Virus record (IMG/VR): IMGVR_UViG_3300010354_000057
Location: 1-64,000 of that record
Source of the DNA: a virus
Strand: one strand, 5' to 3'
DNA length: 64,000 nt
The translations under genes were made by a program, and so were the position numbers. Under the pieces are notes generated by a model that worked only from the letters and a program-made list of their open reading frames with translations, made no database searches and was not told the origin of the DNA. Shown here piece after piece: positions 46,322 to 56,256 of this stretch (within the stretch, counting starts at the first letter, position 1; every line of letters starts with the position of its first letter).

Positions 46322-46941
46322 AAAGAAAGTATCCCCCAGACAATAGAAAATATACTACGATGAGTTATTTTGGTAAAACATTGTATCATGCATATAATGT
46401 TTTGTCCGAAGAAGATAGGATTGGATTGTTGGAAGAAATAAATGATGAAATAGATAAAAATTCATCTGGAGAGTACAATATTGTTGAGGCAACTAGCACT
46501 TTATCAACAAGGAAAATTAAAAATCACAAATGCTGGTTTAATTTTTTCCGAATGGTTAAAGAGCATCTAGTACAATACTCTAAGATAACTAATAACCCAA
46601 ATGTACAGACTTTAAAAGTTGCTGAATATTGGGCTAAAAGAATGAAAGATAATATCAGTGATGAAGATTATCATAATGAAATGTACATATATTATGGTAA
46701 TCTTCATTCACATAATAATCTTGATCTTGGATTAATATATTATCTACAAAATCCATCTAGAATTTATGGAACTATTATAGAAGAAGATGGGGTTGAATTT
46801 ATAGTTCCTGGAGATCAAAATTCTTTGATTATTCATCATCCAGATATTAATCATGAGGCAGTTCTTCCACACCCATCATTTCTTAAAGATACTTGTAGGT
46901 GTGTTTTAATTGTTGATTTTAAATATCCCAAGAATATCTAA
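46318..46941 (+). CDS. Putative 2OG-Fe(II) oxygenase-like protein, paralog of 48785
   Basis: HSH..LIYYLQNP..GT, PG..NSLI.H..NH.A, R.V..VDF. Confidence 0.65.
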   Translation: MKRKYPPDNRKYTTMSYFGKTLYHAYNVLSEEDRIGLLEEINDEIDKNSSGEYNIVEATSTLSTRKIKNHKCWFNFFRMVKEHLVQYSKITNNPNVQTLKVAEYWAKRMKDNISDEDYHNEMYIYYGNLHSHNNLDLGLIYYLQNPSRIYGTIIEEDGVEFIVPGDQNSLIIHHPDINHEAVLPHPSFLKDTCRCVLIVDFKYPKNI

Positions 46942-46965
46942 ATAAATTTAATTACGAGAATTTTT

Positions 46966-47130
46966 ATGGGTGATACTGATAAGTGGAACAGAGGATTAGA
47001 TTTGTTTATTGAAAGTGTTCATAAACCAGACCATGAACTTAGGCAATGTGCCCACAATCAAAAGTGTTATAATGAACTCATGGCAGTTCGTGAGAATGTG
47101 CTAGAATATTTAAAAACTCTGAGACGGTAA
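46966..47130 (+). CDS. Small conserved cyanophage/cyanobacterial protein (54 aa), not in the ORF track
   Basis: Hand translation KWNRGLDLFIESVHKPDHELRQCAHNQKCYNELM. Confidence 0.7.
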   Translation: MGDTDKWNRGLDLFIESVHKPDHELRQCAHNQKCYNELMAVRENVLEYLKTLRR

Positions 47131-47132
47131 AT

Positions 47133-47669
47133 ATGAAAAATTATTTTGAATCATTTACTATTCCATATTGGCAATCTAAAATAACTAATTGGGAAGAAAA
47201 GAAAAAATCTTTATTATCATTATATTATAATAACAAACACAATATGCATGGAGGCGAAGAACAATATACTGATTACAATCATAAAAACAATTATCAATCT
47301 CAGGTTCAAGCAATTTTATTAGATGATCTTTATTCGGCACGTAAAGCATTGAATTTAGAACAACACCCACTTAGAGTGACTACGGCATGGTTTCAATTGT
47401 ATGAACAATATCATCATCACCCTATTCACAATCATGGTGTGAATGGATTCAGTTCAGTTTGTTATATAGAGTATGATAAAAATGAACATGAACCAACAAG
47501 GTTTGTGTGTCCTTTTAATAGTTACATTAATAATGATATGATTGAATTTATTCCAAGTGATATTGAAGAAGGATCTATAGTATTTTTCCCTAGTAATGTT
47601 CCACATTATGTTGCTCCCAATAAGTCTTTAAAACCTAGATTAATTCTATCATTCAACATATCATATTAA
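47133..47669 (+). CDS. Putative 2OG-Fe(II) oxygenase
   Basis: AWFQ.Y, HNHG..FSSVCY, EEG.IVFFPS...H.V.P, R.ILSFN. Confidence 0.85.
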   Translation: MKNYFESFTIPYWQSKITNWEEKKKSLLSLYYNNKHNMHGGEEQYTDYNHKNNYQSQVQAILLDDLYSARKALNLEQHPLRVTTAWFQLYEQYHHHPIHNHGVNGFSSVCYIEYDKNEHEPTRFVCPFNSYINNDMIEFIPSDIEEGSIVFFPSNVPHYVAPNKSLKPRLILSFNISY

Positions 47670-47670
47670 A

Positions 47671-47922
47671 ATGTATCAAGAACAATACTTATTTTACTTG
47701 CTTATATTTTCATTTGTTGCATATTTAATTGTAACAGATGAAAGTGTTGCAAGATTTTTTTTATTATATCTTAAAATAATAAGAGTTAATATAGAAAGAC
47801 TTTTTTGGATGATTAGATTTCATCCACTGGTAACAACAAATAAAATTACCCAGTGGTTTATGATGCGTAAATATATGAAGGAGGTCGAAAAAATGCAAAA
47901 AGATTTATTTAAAAATGATTAG
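47671..47922 (+). CDS. Hypothetical membrane protein
   Basis: N-terminal hydrophobic segment. Confidence 0.6.
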   Translation: MYQEQYLFYLLIFSFVAYLIVTDESVARFFLLYLKIIRVNIERLFWMIRFHPLVTTNKITQWFMMRKYMKEVEKMQKDLFKND

Positions 47923-48736
47923 AATACCTCACGAAGTTCAATTACACATAACACATTCTTGCAATCTAACTTGTGAAGGGTGTACGCATTATAGTAATCA
48001 TGGTCATTCTGGAATGCTTTCTTTAGAGGAAGGTTCTAAATGGATGGATCTTTGGAATAAAAGAATAATTCCAGAAAGATTTACTATTCTTGGTGGAGAA
48101 CCAGCTTTAAATAAAGATCTTACTAAGTTTATATACCTTGCTAAAGAAAAATGGCCTAATTCCTATTTGGAATTAATTTCTAATGGATTTCATTTGCATC
48201 GTCATCCAGATTTACCTAAAGCATTGATTGATACTCAAACCGTTATAGGTATATCCGTTCACACTAGAGAACATCCAGAGTATATTGAAAAATTCAAACC
48301 TGTTTATAAATTAGCTAAAAAATGGTTATTGATGGGTGTTAAAGTTGAAATGAGGCATTCTTCACTAGATTGGTTGAGGCAGTATCAGGGATATGGCGAT
48401 AAAATGTTACCATATGAAGATAATAATCCAGAGTCTAGTTGGAAGAATTGTGTTTCTAGGGCATGTATTCAATTACATGAAGGTAAAATTTGGAAATGTC
48501 CTGCTCTAGCATATTTACCAATGCAAGCAGAGAAGTTTAATCTTTCCGAAAAGTGGGATCCATATCTAAAATATAAACCTTTATTACCAGAGTGTTCTGA
48601 TGAAGAATTAATAGAGTTTTTTAATCGCAAATCGGAAAGTTACTGTAGTATGTGTCCAGCAGAAAAGGAACATTTTAAACCATCTGCTGATCCTTTATTA
48701 CCCGTTAGTTATTGGAAAAAACAATACGATACTTGA
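47915..48736 (+). CDS. Radical SAM enzyme with C-terminal Cys-rich domain
   Basis: CNLTCEGC, GGEP, SNG, C...C..KCP..C..CP. Confidence 0.9.
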   Translation: MIRIPHEVQLHITHSCNLTCEGCTHYSNHGHSGMLSLEEGSKWMDLWNKRIIPERFTILGGEPALNKDLTKFIYLAKEKWPNSYLELISNGFHLHRHPDLPKALIDTQTVIGISVHTREHPEYIEKFKPVYKLAKKWLLMGVKVEMRHSSLDWLRQYQGYGDKMLPYEDNNPESSWKNCVSRACIQLHEGKIWKCPALAYLPMQAEKFNLSEKWDPYLKYKPLLPECSDEELIEFFNRKSESYCSMCPAEKEHFKPSADPLLPVSYWKKQYDT

Positions 48737-48784
48737 TAAATAGGTCGTAAAATATTATAATCATTGAATATAGGATTTTAAAAA

Positions 48785-49423
48785 ATGGCGAAAAAAAAGC
48801 AAAAGAGAATATATCCACCAGATCCAAGAACTATTACTACAATGAATTACTTTGGTAGAACATTGTATCATGCGTATAATGTTCTTTCCGAAGAAGATGT
48901 TAAAGGATTAATTGAAGAGATAAATGATGAATTAACTATTAATCCAGATAATAAAGATGGATATATAGAAGCCACTAACGGATTAGCTAAAAGAAAAATA
49001 AAAAATAAACAATGTTGGTATAATTTTTTTAAAATGGTTAAATCACATTTAAACAATTATGCTGAAATTACAAATAATCCTAGTATAAAAACATTAAAAG
49101 TAGCTTCTTATTGGGCAAAAAGAATGTATAAAGATGTGACAGATGATCAATATGAAGAGCAAATGTATATTAATTACGGTAATTTACATGCTCATACTAA
49201 TTTAGACTTGGGTATAATTTATTATTTACAAAATCCATCAAGAATATATGGAACACTAATTGAAGATAAGGGCAGAGAATTTATTGTTCCAGGAGATGAA
49301 AATTCTATGATTATTCATCATTCTGATATGAATCACGCTGCAGTCTTGCCACCACCTGTTATTACAAAAGATTCTCCTAGAGTTACAATAATTGTAGATT
49401 TTAAATATGCACATAAATTTTAA
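48785..49423 (+). CDS. Putative 2OG-Fe(II) oxygenase-like protein, paralog of 46318
   Basis: YPPD.R..TTM.YFG.TLYHAYNVLSEED, HAH, IYYLQNPSRIYGT, NHAA, RV. Confidence 0.65.
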   Translation: MAKKKQKRIYPPDPRTITTMNYFGRTLYHAYNVLSEEDVKGLIEEINDELTINPDNKDGYIEATNGLAKRKIKNKQCWYNFFKMVKSHLNNYAEITNNPSIKTLKVASYWAKRMYKDVTDDQYEEQMYINYGNLHAHTNLDLGIIYYLQNPSRIYGTLIEDKGREFIVPGDENSMIIHHSDMNHAAVLPPPVITKDSPRVTIIVDFKYAHKF

Positions 49424-49426
49424 AAA

Positions 49427-49837
49427 ATGATAGATAAAAAAAAATTAGAAACTATTATTACTAAAATTAATAATAGATGTAATCCATACGAATATGAAAG
49501 TTTTGATGATTTATTGGATGAAATTGAAGAAACCTCTACTGGGCGGGCAACATTTTTTACTGAACAAGAAGTTGAATGGGTTCAATCTAATCCAAAGATA
49601 GAACTGAACATATTAAAAATGTGTCAAAAAATTTGGGATTATAAACTCAAAACAGTAAATACTGATAGTGCAACACTTTCTTCTATATTACATTCTTTAG
49701 ATTTAGTTTGTAATAATAAACAGTTTCCTCCTGCTAAAAATATTGAATTTTTAGCAAGTGAAAAATCAGTCTTAATTAGAGAAACTATAGAAGAAACTTT
49801 ATTGATGTTAGATTTAAGTATTATACCTTATAGATGA
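49427..49837 (+). CDS. Hypothetical protein, tandem paralog of 49834
   Basis: KI..RCNP..Y..F.DLL, TF.T..E..W, DLS..PY. Confidence 0.65.
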   Translation: MIDKKKLETIITKINNRCNPYEYESFDDLLDEIEETSTGRATFFTEQEVEWVQSNPKIELNILKMCQKIWDYKLKTVNTDSATLSSILHSLDLVCNNKQFPPAKNIEFLASEKSVLIRETIEETLLMLDLSIIPYR

Positions 49838-50271
49838 TGAATAAAATAGTTTTCTATAAAAAATTAAGATCTATAATACAAAAAATTATTCATAGATGTA
49901 ATCCCTCAGACTATGATACTTTTGAGGATTTGTTACTTGATATTAATGGTAGTGTTTTTGATGAAGATCATGGATCTACTTTTTTGACTGATGATGAAAT
50001 TAATTGGATAAATTCTGATATTGAAATAAAGGAAAATATAATTGAATTGTGTTTAATTCACGCTCAAGAAAATAAAAATAATATTGATGGGACAATAGAA
50101 TCATTATTAACGGAATTGGATTTGATATATCAACCAGAAGCAAAAATTTTAAATATATCATTTGATTTTAAAAATCTTTCATACTTAAAAGAGCACACTA
50201 TGGAATTATCTGATTTAATTGAATCACAATTATTAATGAACGATTTAAGTGTATTACCTTATAAAAAATAA
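49834..50271 (+). CDS. Hypothetical protein, tandem paralog of 49427
   Basis: Same motifs as 49427. Confidence 0.65.
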   Translation: MMNKIVFYKKLRSIIQKIIHRCNPSDYDTFEDLLLDINGSVFDEDHGSTFLTDDEINWINSDIEIKENIIELCLIHAQENKNNIDGTIESLLTELDLIYQPEAKILNISFDFKNLSYLKEHTMELSDLIESQLLMNDLSVLPYKK

Positions 50272-50291
50272 GGACACTTTATAAAGTGTCC
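50272..50291. promoter_or_regulatory. Perfect 20-bp palindrome upstream of the RNA ligase promoter
   Basis: GGACACTTTATAAAGTGTCC; TTGCAG-N17-TATTAT follows. Confidence 0.7.
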
Positions 50292-50350
50292 ACTTTATAT
50301 TGCAGAAAGTTCAAATCTTTGATATTATAATCTCATAACAATTTTTTACC

Positions 50351-51526
50351 ATGTTTCGTTATCAATTCCCACAAATTAATAGTATTGATGATGTAATTCC
50401 TTATATTGAAGGTAGGAATGAATATAAGGTATCAGTTAAAGATTGGTATACTGTCATTAACTATATGGTTGCCTTTGAAGATACATTTCAATGGGACAGT
50501 GGTGATCCAGTAGGATCTTCTATTCGTAGGGAATGTAGGGGGATGATCTTTAATTCTGAAACTGGAAAGATTATCTCTCACCCATACCATAAGTTTTTTA
50601 ATGTTGGTGAAAAGGAAGAAACTCAAATTAATAAAATTAATCTATATGAACCTCATGTAGTTTTAGAAAAACTTGATGGGTCTATGATCCGTCCAATTCC
50701 AACACCAGAAGGGTTTAGGTTAGGTACTAAAGCAGGTATCACTGATGTTGCTATGAGTGCTGAGGTTTTTATTGCTGATAAACCACAGTATTTTGATTTT
50801 ATTCATTCAATGTTTGATGGTGGAATGACACCTATTTTTGAATGGTGCTCTCGTAAGAATAGAATTGTTATTGATTATCCAGAAGATCAACTTATTCTTA
50901 CTGCAATACGCAATACTGTGATGGGTGTATATTTGACATATGAAAATATGGTAGAATTGTCTGAACACTGGAATATCCCAGTGGTAAAGGCAGTTGATGG
51001 TCTTGCTGTTCAAGACATTAATCTTTTTGTAAAGCAAGTTAGGGAGTGGGATGATGGTGAAGGGATCGTTCTCAGATTTAATGATGGTCACATGGTCAAA
51101 GTTAAAGCGGATGACTATGTTGTTCGGCACAGATCAAAAGAGGCTATTAGTCAAGAGAAGAATGTTATTCAGGCAGTTCTGGATGATGTAGTAGATGATC
51201 TTATTCCTTTGTTGGATGAAAAAGATTCAAATAGATTGAAAGAATATCAACGTGCTTTTTGGGATGGTGTTCACCATACTGTGATGGACATGAATGATCT
51301 TTATAATGGTGGAAATCTTATGTATCCAGATAAAAAAGAATTTGCTGTTAATTTTGTACAAAAGATGATCCTTCCTATTCATGCACCTATCATGTATGCT
51401 ATTAGGGGAGGCAAACCAACTATTGAAGTCATTAAAGAAATGATCCGTAAATCTCTTAGCTCACAGACTAAAATTGATGAAAATCGTTGGTTGTGGGGAA
51501 ATTTGGATTGGAATTATTATGCCTGA
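50351..51526 (+). CDS. rnlA: RNA ligase 1 (T4 RnlA family)
   Basis: RECRG.IF, P.HKFFN.GE, EKLDGS, FE.....NRIV..Y, EG.V, K.K...Y. Confidence 0.92.
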   Translation: MFRYQFPQINSIDDVIPYIEGRNEYKVSVKDWYTVINYMVAFEDTFQWDSGDPVGSSIRRECRGMIFNSETGKIISHPYHKFFNVGEKEETQINKINLYEPHVVLEKLDGSMIRPIPTPEGFRLGTKAGITDVAMSAEVFIADKPQYFDFIHSMFDGGMTPIFEWCSRKNRIVIDYPEDQLILTAIRNTVMGVYLTYENMVELSEHWNIPVVKAVDGLAVQDINLFVKQVREWDDGEGIVLRFNDGHMVKVKADDYVVRHRSKEAISQEKNVIQAVLDDVVDDLIPLLDEKDSNRLKEYQRAFWDGVHHTVMDMNDLYNGGNLMYPDKKEFAVNFVQKMILPIHAPIMYAIRGGKPTIEVIKEMIRKSLSSQTKIDENRWLWGNLDWNYYA

Positions 51527-51995
51527 ACTTGTAATGCTCTGTGGAATTCCAACTTCTGGAAAATCTACATATGTTAAAAAACTCAAGAAGATTGACTACT
51601 GGAAGGATGCAGTCGTTCTCTCTACTGATAACTACATTGAAGAATATGCAAAACGTGTCGGACAAACTTATAATGAAGTCTTTGATGATGTAATTCCTGA
51701 TGCAACCAGAGAACTTGAACTTCAACTGATCATGGCGAAGGACAAGGGAAAGGACATCATTTGGGATCAGACAAACTTATCAGTCAAGACCCGAAAGAAA
51801 AAACTTTCTAAACTTCCTTCCTTTTATGCCAGAGGTGTGGTATACTTTGAAGTATCCCTAGAGGAGGCACTGGAACGAAACAAACATCGTGAAGGAAAGT
51901 TCATTCCTGAAAGTATTTTGAAACGAATGTGGCATCAATTTGAAATTCCTACTCGCAATGAGGACTTTGATTATGTTGAAAAAGTTGAAAGTTAA
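51519..51995 (+). CDS. Polynucleotide 5'-kinase-like P-loop protein
   Basis: GIPTSGKST, STD, DQTN....R, RN..R..IP. Confidence 0.85.
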   Translation: MPELVMLCGIPTSGKSTYVKKLKKIDYWKDAVVLSTDNYIEEYAKRVGQTYNEVFDDVIPDATRELELQLIMAKDKGKDIIWDQTNLSVKTRKKKLSKLPSFYARGVVYFEVSLEEALERNKHREGKFIPESILKRMWHQFEIPTRNEDFDYVEKVES

Positions 51996-52203
51996 AGAAC
52001 AATACAACCATCACTTTGAATATCAAAACGACATTGATCGGATTGTGAAGATTTTTGCCGATCGTGGTTATGAGATTTCTCATACTGATGCTGTTCACGC
52101 TTGGGAGCAATACTCTGATAGCATGGCAGCAGGTTGGATGTGTTTAGGTGATGATGAAGAAGTCTTTCAAGACGCTTTTTATTATTTTGAGGAAGTTCAA
52201 TGA
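51975..52203 (+). CDS. Hypothetical protein
   Basis: D..RIV..W..YS...AAGW. Confidence 0.6.
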
Positions 52204-52646
52204 CTAAACCTGATTGTTACATCTTTGACTTAGATGGAACTATTTGTGATGTTCGTCATCGCCGCCAATACGTTGCAACAAAACCAAGAAATTGGGATGC
52301 CTGGAACGCTGGTCTTGTAAATGATAAACCTCACAAAAGTGTTCTTGGAATTGTTCAGTCACTTACTTATTATTATCCTGTAATTATTGTAAGTGGTCGC
52401 TCTGATGATTATCGTGAGAAAACTGAAGAATGGTTGAAAAAAAATGAAGTTGAATACAACAAACTCTACATGAGAAAATATAAAGATCATCGTGATGATT
52501 CAGTTGTGAAGGCGGAAATTGCTGATGAAATTGAAAAAGAATATAATATCCTAGGTGTCTTTGATGATCGCCAACGTGTTGTAAATATGTGGATTGAACG
52601 TGGTGTTTGGGTATTTGATGTTGGTCAAGGAAAAGGAAATTTTTAA
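52200..52646 (+). CDS. HAD-family polynucleotide 3'-phosphatase (PseT C-terminal domain-like)
   Basis: FDLDGT, SGR, L.MR...D.R.D..VK, FDDR..VV.MW. Confidence 0.9.
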   Translation: MTKPDCYIFDLDGTICDVRHRRQYVATKPRNWDAWNAGLVNDKPHKSVLGIVQSLTYYYPVIIVSGRSDDYREKTEEWLKKNEVEYNKLYMRKYKDHRDDSVVKAEIADEIEKEYNILGVFDDRQRVVNMWIERGVWVFDVGQGKGNF

Positions 52647-52648
52647 TC

Positions 52649-53200
52649 ATGTCCTTTATAAAATTAAAAAATAAATTCTTTATTGGACATTATGATGTAA
52701 TTTCTGGTAAGTATCAGTATGGTTTAAATACTTCTGATGGATTTTTTGGGATAAAGTATTCATATATTGATCTTTCAAATTATGATGATCTAATTGAAGT
52801 AGTTCCAGAATGTTATAGAGATAGATGTGCTATTTCTTTGATGAATTTAAATTGTAAAGTTCCACCTCATACTGATAGTGGAATTGAGGCAATTATTAAT
52901 TTCTATGTTAAGAGTGATAATTGTAAAACTCATTTTTATGAGTTTAAAAATTCAACTCCTAAAACATTTAAATTACCAACACAAAAAGATGGATCTATAT
53001 TTGATGAAGATGATTTACATGAAACTGGTAGTTTTATATCCGAAGATGGTGATGCTTATTTACTAGATGTATCAAAACCACATTCAGTAACTCCACTTCA
53101 CTCTGGACCTGTAAATAGAAAAGCAATATGCCTTCAACTGTTATATACTACTTTTGATGAAGCAAAACAAATGTTAGAACAATCTAATCAAATTTTATGA
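52649..53200 (+). CDS. Cupin/2OG oxygenase-like protein
   Basis: VPPHTD..INFY, LLDV..PHSV, R.AI.L. Confidence 0.7.
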   Translation: MSFIKLKNKFFIGHYDVISGKYQYGLNTSDGFFGIKYSYIDLSNYDDLIEVVPECYRDRCAISLMNLNCKVPPHTDSGIEAIINFYVKSDNCKTHFYEFKNSTPKTFKLPTQKDGSIFDEDDLHETGSFISEDGDAYLLDVSKPHSVTPLHSGPVNRKAICLQLLYTTFDEAKQMLEQSNQIL

Positions 53201-54032
53201 ATTGGTTTTTAAATAAATCTTCTGATTCTTTTACAGACATCAGAGGATTTTTTGTATTATGAATATAATTTTTATGTGCTGGACACATACTACAAACTGA
53301 TTCTGATTTTCTATTAAAGAATTCTATAATCTGATCTTGATTGCAATTAGGATCTAAAGGTTTATATTTTAAATAAGGATCCCATTTTTCTGACAACTTA
53401 TATTTCTTTGCCATTAATGGTAAATATGCGAGAGGTGGACACTTCCAAATCATTCCTTCGTGTAATTGGAAACATGTTCCTTCCATAAAACAATTATTCC
53501 AACTTGCTTCAGCATTGTTATCTTCAAATGGTAATATATTTTCACCATATCCTTTGTAAATTTGTGTCCAATACTCGTGGGTTGTATTTACAGACACATT
53601 GATTCCAAGTTCATTTTTCCATTTTAAACATAATTTTAAATTGTCTTTTATCCTATTAATATAATCTTTTGATTTGCTGTGTATAGATAGTGATAGATTT
53701 ATATTATTATCTTTCAGTGCTTCTCCTAAGTTATTATGGGTGTGTAAGAAAAAACCATTAGTGGTTAATTTTATATAAGTATCTCCCCACATTTCTCTCG
53801 ATAGATACAGGAAATCAATCAAATTTTTATGTAATGTTGGTTCTCCACCAAGTAATATAAATTGTTTTGGTTGAATTCTATTATTCCAATTTCCCATCCA
53901 CAATCTACCTTCTTCAAGACTTATCATTCTAGAGTGTCCATGATTGGTAAAGTCAGAACAACTTTCACATGTTAAGTTGCAATTATGGGTGATGTGAAAG
54001 TCTATAATTGGTACACTTACTTTTGAATGCAT
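53184..54032 (-). CDS. Radical SAM enzyme, paralog of 47915
   Basis: CNLTCESC, GGEPTLH, TNG, CFQLHEG.IWKCP.LAYLP, C.MCP. Confidence 0.9.
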   Translation of the reverse strand: MHSKVSVPIIDFHITHNCNLTCESCSDFTNHGHSRMISLEEGRLWMGNWNNRIQPKQFILLGGEPTLHKNLIDFLYLSREMWGDTYIKLTTNGFFLHTHNNLGEALKDNNINLSLSIHSKSKDYINRIKDNLKLCLKWKNELGINVSVNTTHEYWTQIYKGYGENILPFEDNNAEASWNNCFMEGTCFQLHEGMIWKCPPLAYLPLMAKKYKLSEKWDPYLKYKPLDPNCNQDQIIEFFNRKSESVCSMCPAHKNYIHNTKNPLMSVKESEDLFKNQFIKFD

Positions 54033-54072
54033 CTTTATTATGATATAATCAGTATATAGTTAGAATATTAAT

Positions 54073-55275
54073 ATGAATAAACCTCATTGTATAGTTCCTT
54101 GGGTATACTTTTTTGCTGAAGCAAATGGTGATGTTGTTCCATGCTGTGTGAATGATACATTTTTAGGAAATGTTCTAGAACAAGATTACAAAAAAATATG
54201 GAACTCTAGAAAAATGAATAGATTTAGGAGAAGTATGTTAACTCCAGGACCACTTCCAAAATCTTGTCAAATATGTATAGAGAATGAGTTATTAACTAGC
54301 GACTATAACAACACTTATAATCTTAGAGAATACTATAACAATTTTTTTAAAGACACTTTTGATGAAATTCAATATATTACTAACACTGATGGATCTATAA
54401 AGGAAGATAAGATAAAATTTAAATCTTTTGTTTTCAAAGTTAGTAATAAATGTAATTTTCAGTGTAGAATGTGTAATGCTAGTAATAGTTCTTTGATAGC
54501 TGGAGAAGTAATAGAAAATCCAAAATTTTATAGAAAATTTGTTGAGGAAAACATAGATGATTTGGAATTAATAGAATTTATTGGTGGGGAATCATTATTA
54601 ATGAATGAAACTTATGAATTATTGGAATTTTTAATTCAAAGAAATAAACCACATCCATATCTACATTTTAATACAAATATGTCTATTTTAGGTTTGGGTG
54701 GTAAAAATATTTTGGAGTATTTAAATAAATTAAATAAAGATAAGATCGAAATAGTTGCAAGTATAGATGAGATTGACGAGAGATCAGAATATATAAGAAA
54801 AAATTGCAATTGGAAAACAGTAGAAAAAAACTTACAATTAATTTCTAAACAAAGTTTTAAAACTAACACAAATATTGTTGCTAGTTGTTATAATGTGTTT
54901 AGACTTCCAAAAATAATAGAGCGTCTTGTTGAGATTGGATATATAAATCAAAGAAATAATTACCAAAACTTTATGTTTAATCCAGTTATTGGAGATTGTG
55001 ATATTTCATTGTTAAGTAAAAAATTTAGAAAAAAAATAGATGATGAAATTTATGATTTTCTTTTATATTATAATAAAAAATATAATGTTGATGTCACATA
55101 TAAATTTAAAATAATTTTTAGTAAATTAAATCGTGAAGAACCAGAAAATATAGATGATATGAGATTAGAATTTCTAAAAGAAACTTCTAAAAAGGATAAA
55201 ATAAGAGGTGAAAAATTATTAAAAGTAATTCCAGAACTTAGAGATATTATTGAATTAATGAGAAATGGAAACTGA
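54073..55275 (+). CDS. Radical SAM enzyme with N-terminal twitch/SPASM domain
   Basis: C..PW..G.V.PCC..C..C followed by CNFQCRMC, GGE, NTN, SID. Confidence 0.88.
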   Translation: MNKPHCIVPWVYFFAEANGDVVPCCVNDTFLGNVLEQDYKKIWNSRKMNRFRRSMLTPGPLPKSCQICIENELLTSDYNNTYNLREYYNNFFKDTFDEIQYITNTDGSIKEDKIKFKSFVFKVSNKCNFQCRMCNASNSSLIAGEVIENPKFYRKFVEENIDDLELIEFIGGESLLMNETYELLEFLIQRNKPHPYLHFNTNMSILGLGGKNILEYLNKLNKDKIEIVASIDEIDERSEYIRKNCNWKTVEKNLQLISKQSFKTNTNIVASCYNVFRLPKIIERLVEIGYINQRNNYQNFMFNPVIGDCDISLLSKKFRKKIDDEIYDFLLYYNKKYNVDVTYKFKIIFSKLNREEPENIDDMRLEFLKETSKKDKIRGEKLLKVIPELRDIIELMRNGN

Positions 55276-55762
55276 TATTTTATTGGAACTATCTGCGAAA
55301 TATGCGAGATACAATTTTCATAAAGAAGAAGAACCAGTTTTTAAAGCATTCTCTGAAACTTCTTCATTAATGTCCTTTGAAGAATATAAAAAATGGGTTA
55401 AGCAAAAGTTTGAAAATTATTATTCTATTATTTGCTTAATGTGGAAAGGTGATGAAAATAGAATTGAAACACAACTATTAGATGACTATACAAATTTGGT
55501 TGATCTTTATTCTGAAAAAAATGAAAATGTTAATCCAATAATAGGTGAAGATATGAGAAATCTTAAAGATCTATTATCATTTGCAATATATTTTTGTGAA
55601 TATAGAATACAGCATATTACATTTGATAAATTTTCTGAAGGAAAAAGTTATCAAGAAATATTATACGATACTCAGTATTTTAGGGAGAAAAAAGATTTAT
55701 GGTTAACCCAATATGATAAAGTAATGGAAAAAATTCATGCCGATCTTACCCATTCAGCATAA
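55265..55762 (+). CDS. Hypothetical protein, paralog of 10060..10533
   Basis: Shared motifs listed for 10060. Confidence 0.65.
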   Translation: METDILLELSAKYARYNFHKEEEPVFKAFSETSSLMSFEEYKKWVKQKFENYYSIICLMWKGDENRIETQLLDDYTNLVDLYSEKNENVNPIIGEDMRNLKDLLSFAIYFCEYRIQHITFDKFSEGKSYQEILYDTQYFREKKDLWLTQYDKVMEKIHADLTHSA

Positions 55763-56256
55763 ATTCTATGGTTACTATCATATTTCAAATCTACACATGT
55801 AAATTTGAAATGTTCTGCAAACTTTAAATGTAAATCATAAGACCAAGGAAAAAAGTCTATTTTTTGACATTCTTTATTTTCATGATCTTGTCTACCTGGA
55901 TTACATCTCCAGTAAATTCTTGATGTTGGTTTTAGTAACTTTACTACAGAACTAATTTCTGATATAATTTTGTCTCCTGGTCCAAAATTAATACTACCAA
56001 GACAAAAAGCAACATCAAATCTTTGATCTGTTTTGAATTTATCTATAGTAACTTTATAATCTGCTTCATCAAATGCGGGATCTATTCCAATTAAATTTTT
56101 AATTTTACTTTTGAATGGATTTGGTCCACAACCAACATCTAAAACCCACTCATCATCCGCAATATTGTTTATTAAATTCCAACCAGAATATAAGTATTGA
56201 TCTAAATTACTGGTCCATTTTGTTGCAAAGTATTCATTCAATTGCTCTTGTTTCAT
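55735..56256 (-). CDS. Class I SAM-dependent methyltransferase-like protein
   Basis: VLDVGCG.N, GIDP, FDVAFCLGSINFG; likely start MKQEQ at 56256. Confidence 0.82.
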   Translation of the reverse strand: MKQEQLNEYFATKWTSNLDQYLYSGWNLINNIADDEWVLDVGCGPNPFKSKIKNLIGIDPAFDEADYKVTIDKFKTDQRFDVAFCLGSINFGPGDKIISEISSVVKLLKPTSRIYWRCNPGRQDHENKECQKIDFFPWSYDLHLKFAEHFKFTCVDLKYDSNHRIYAEWVRSA

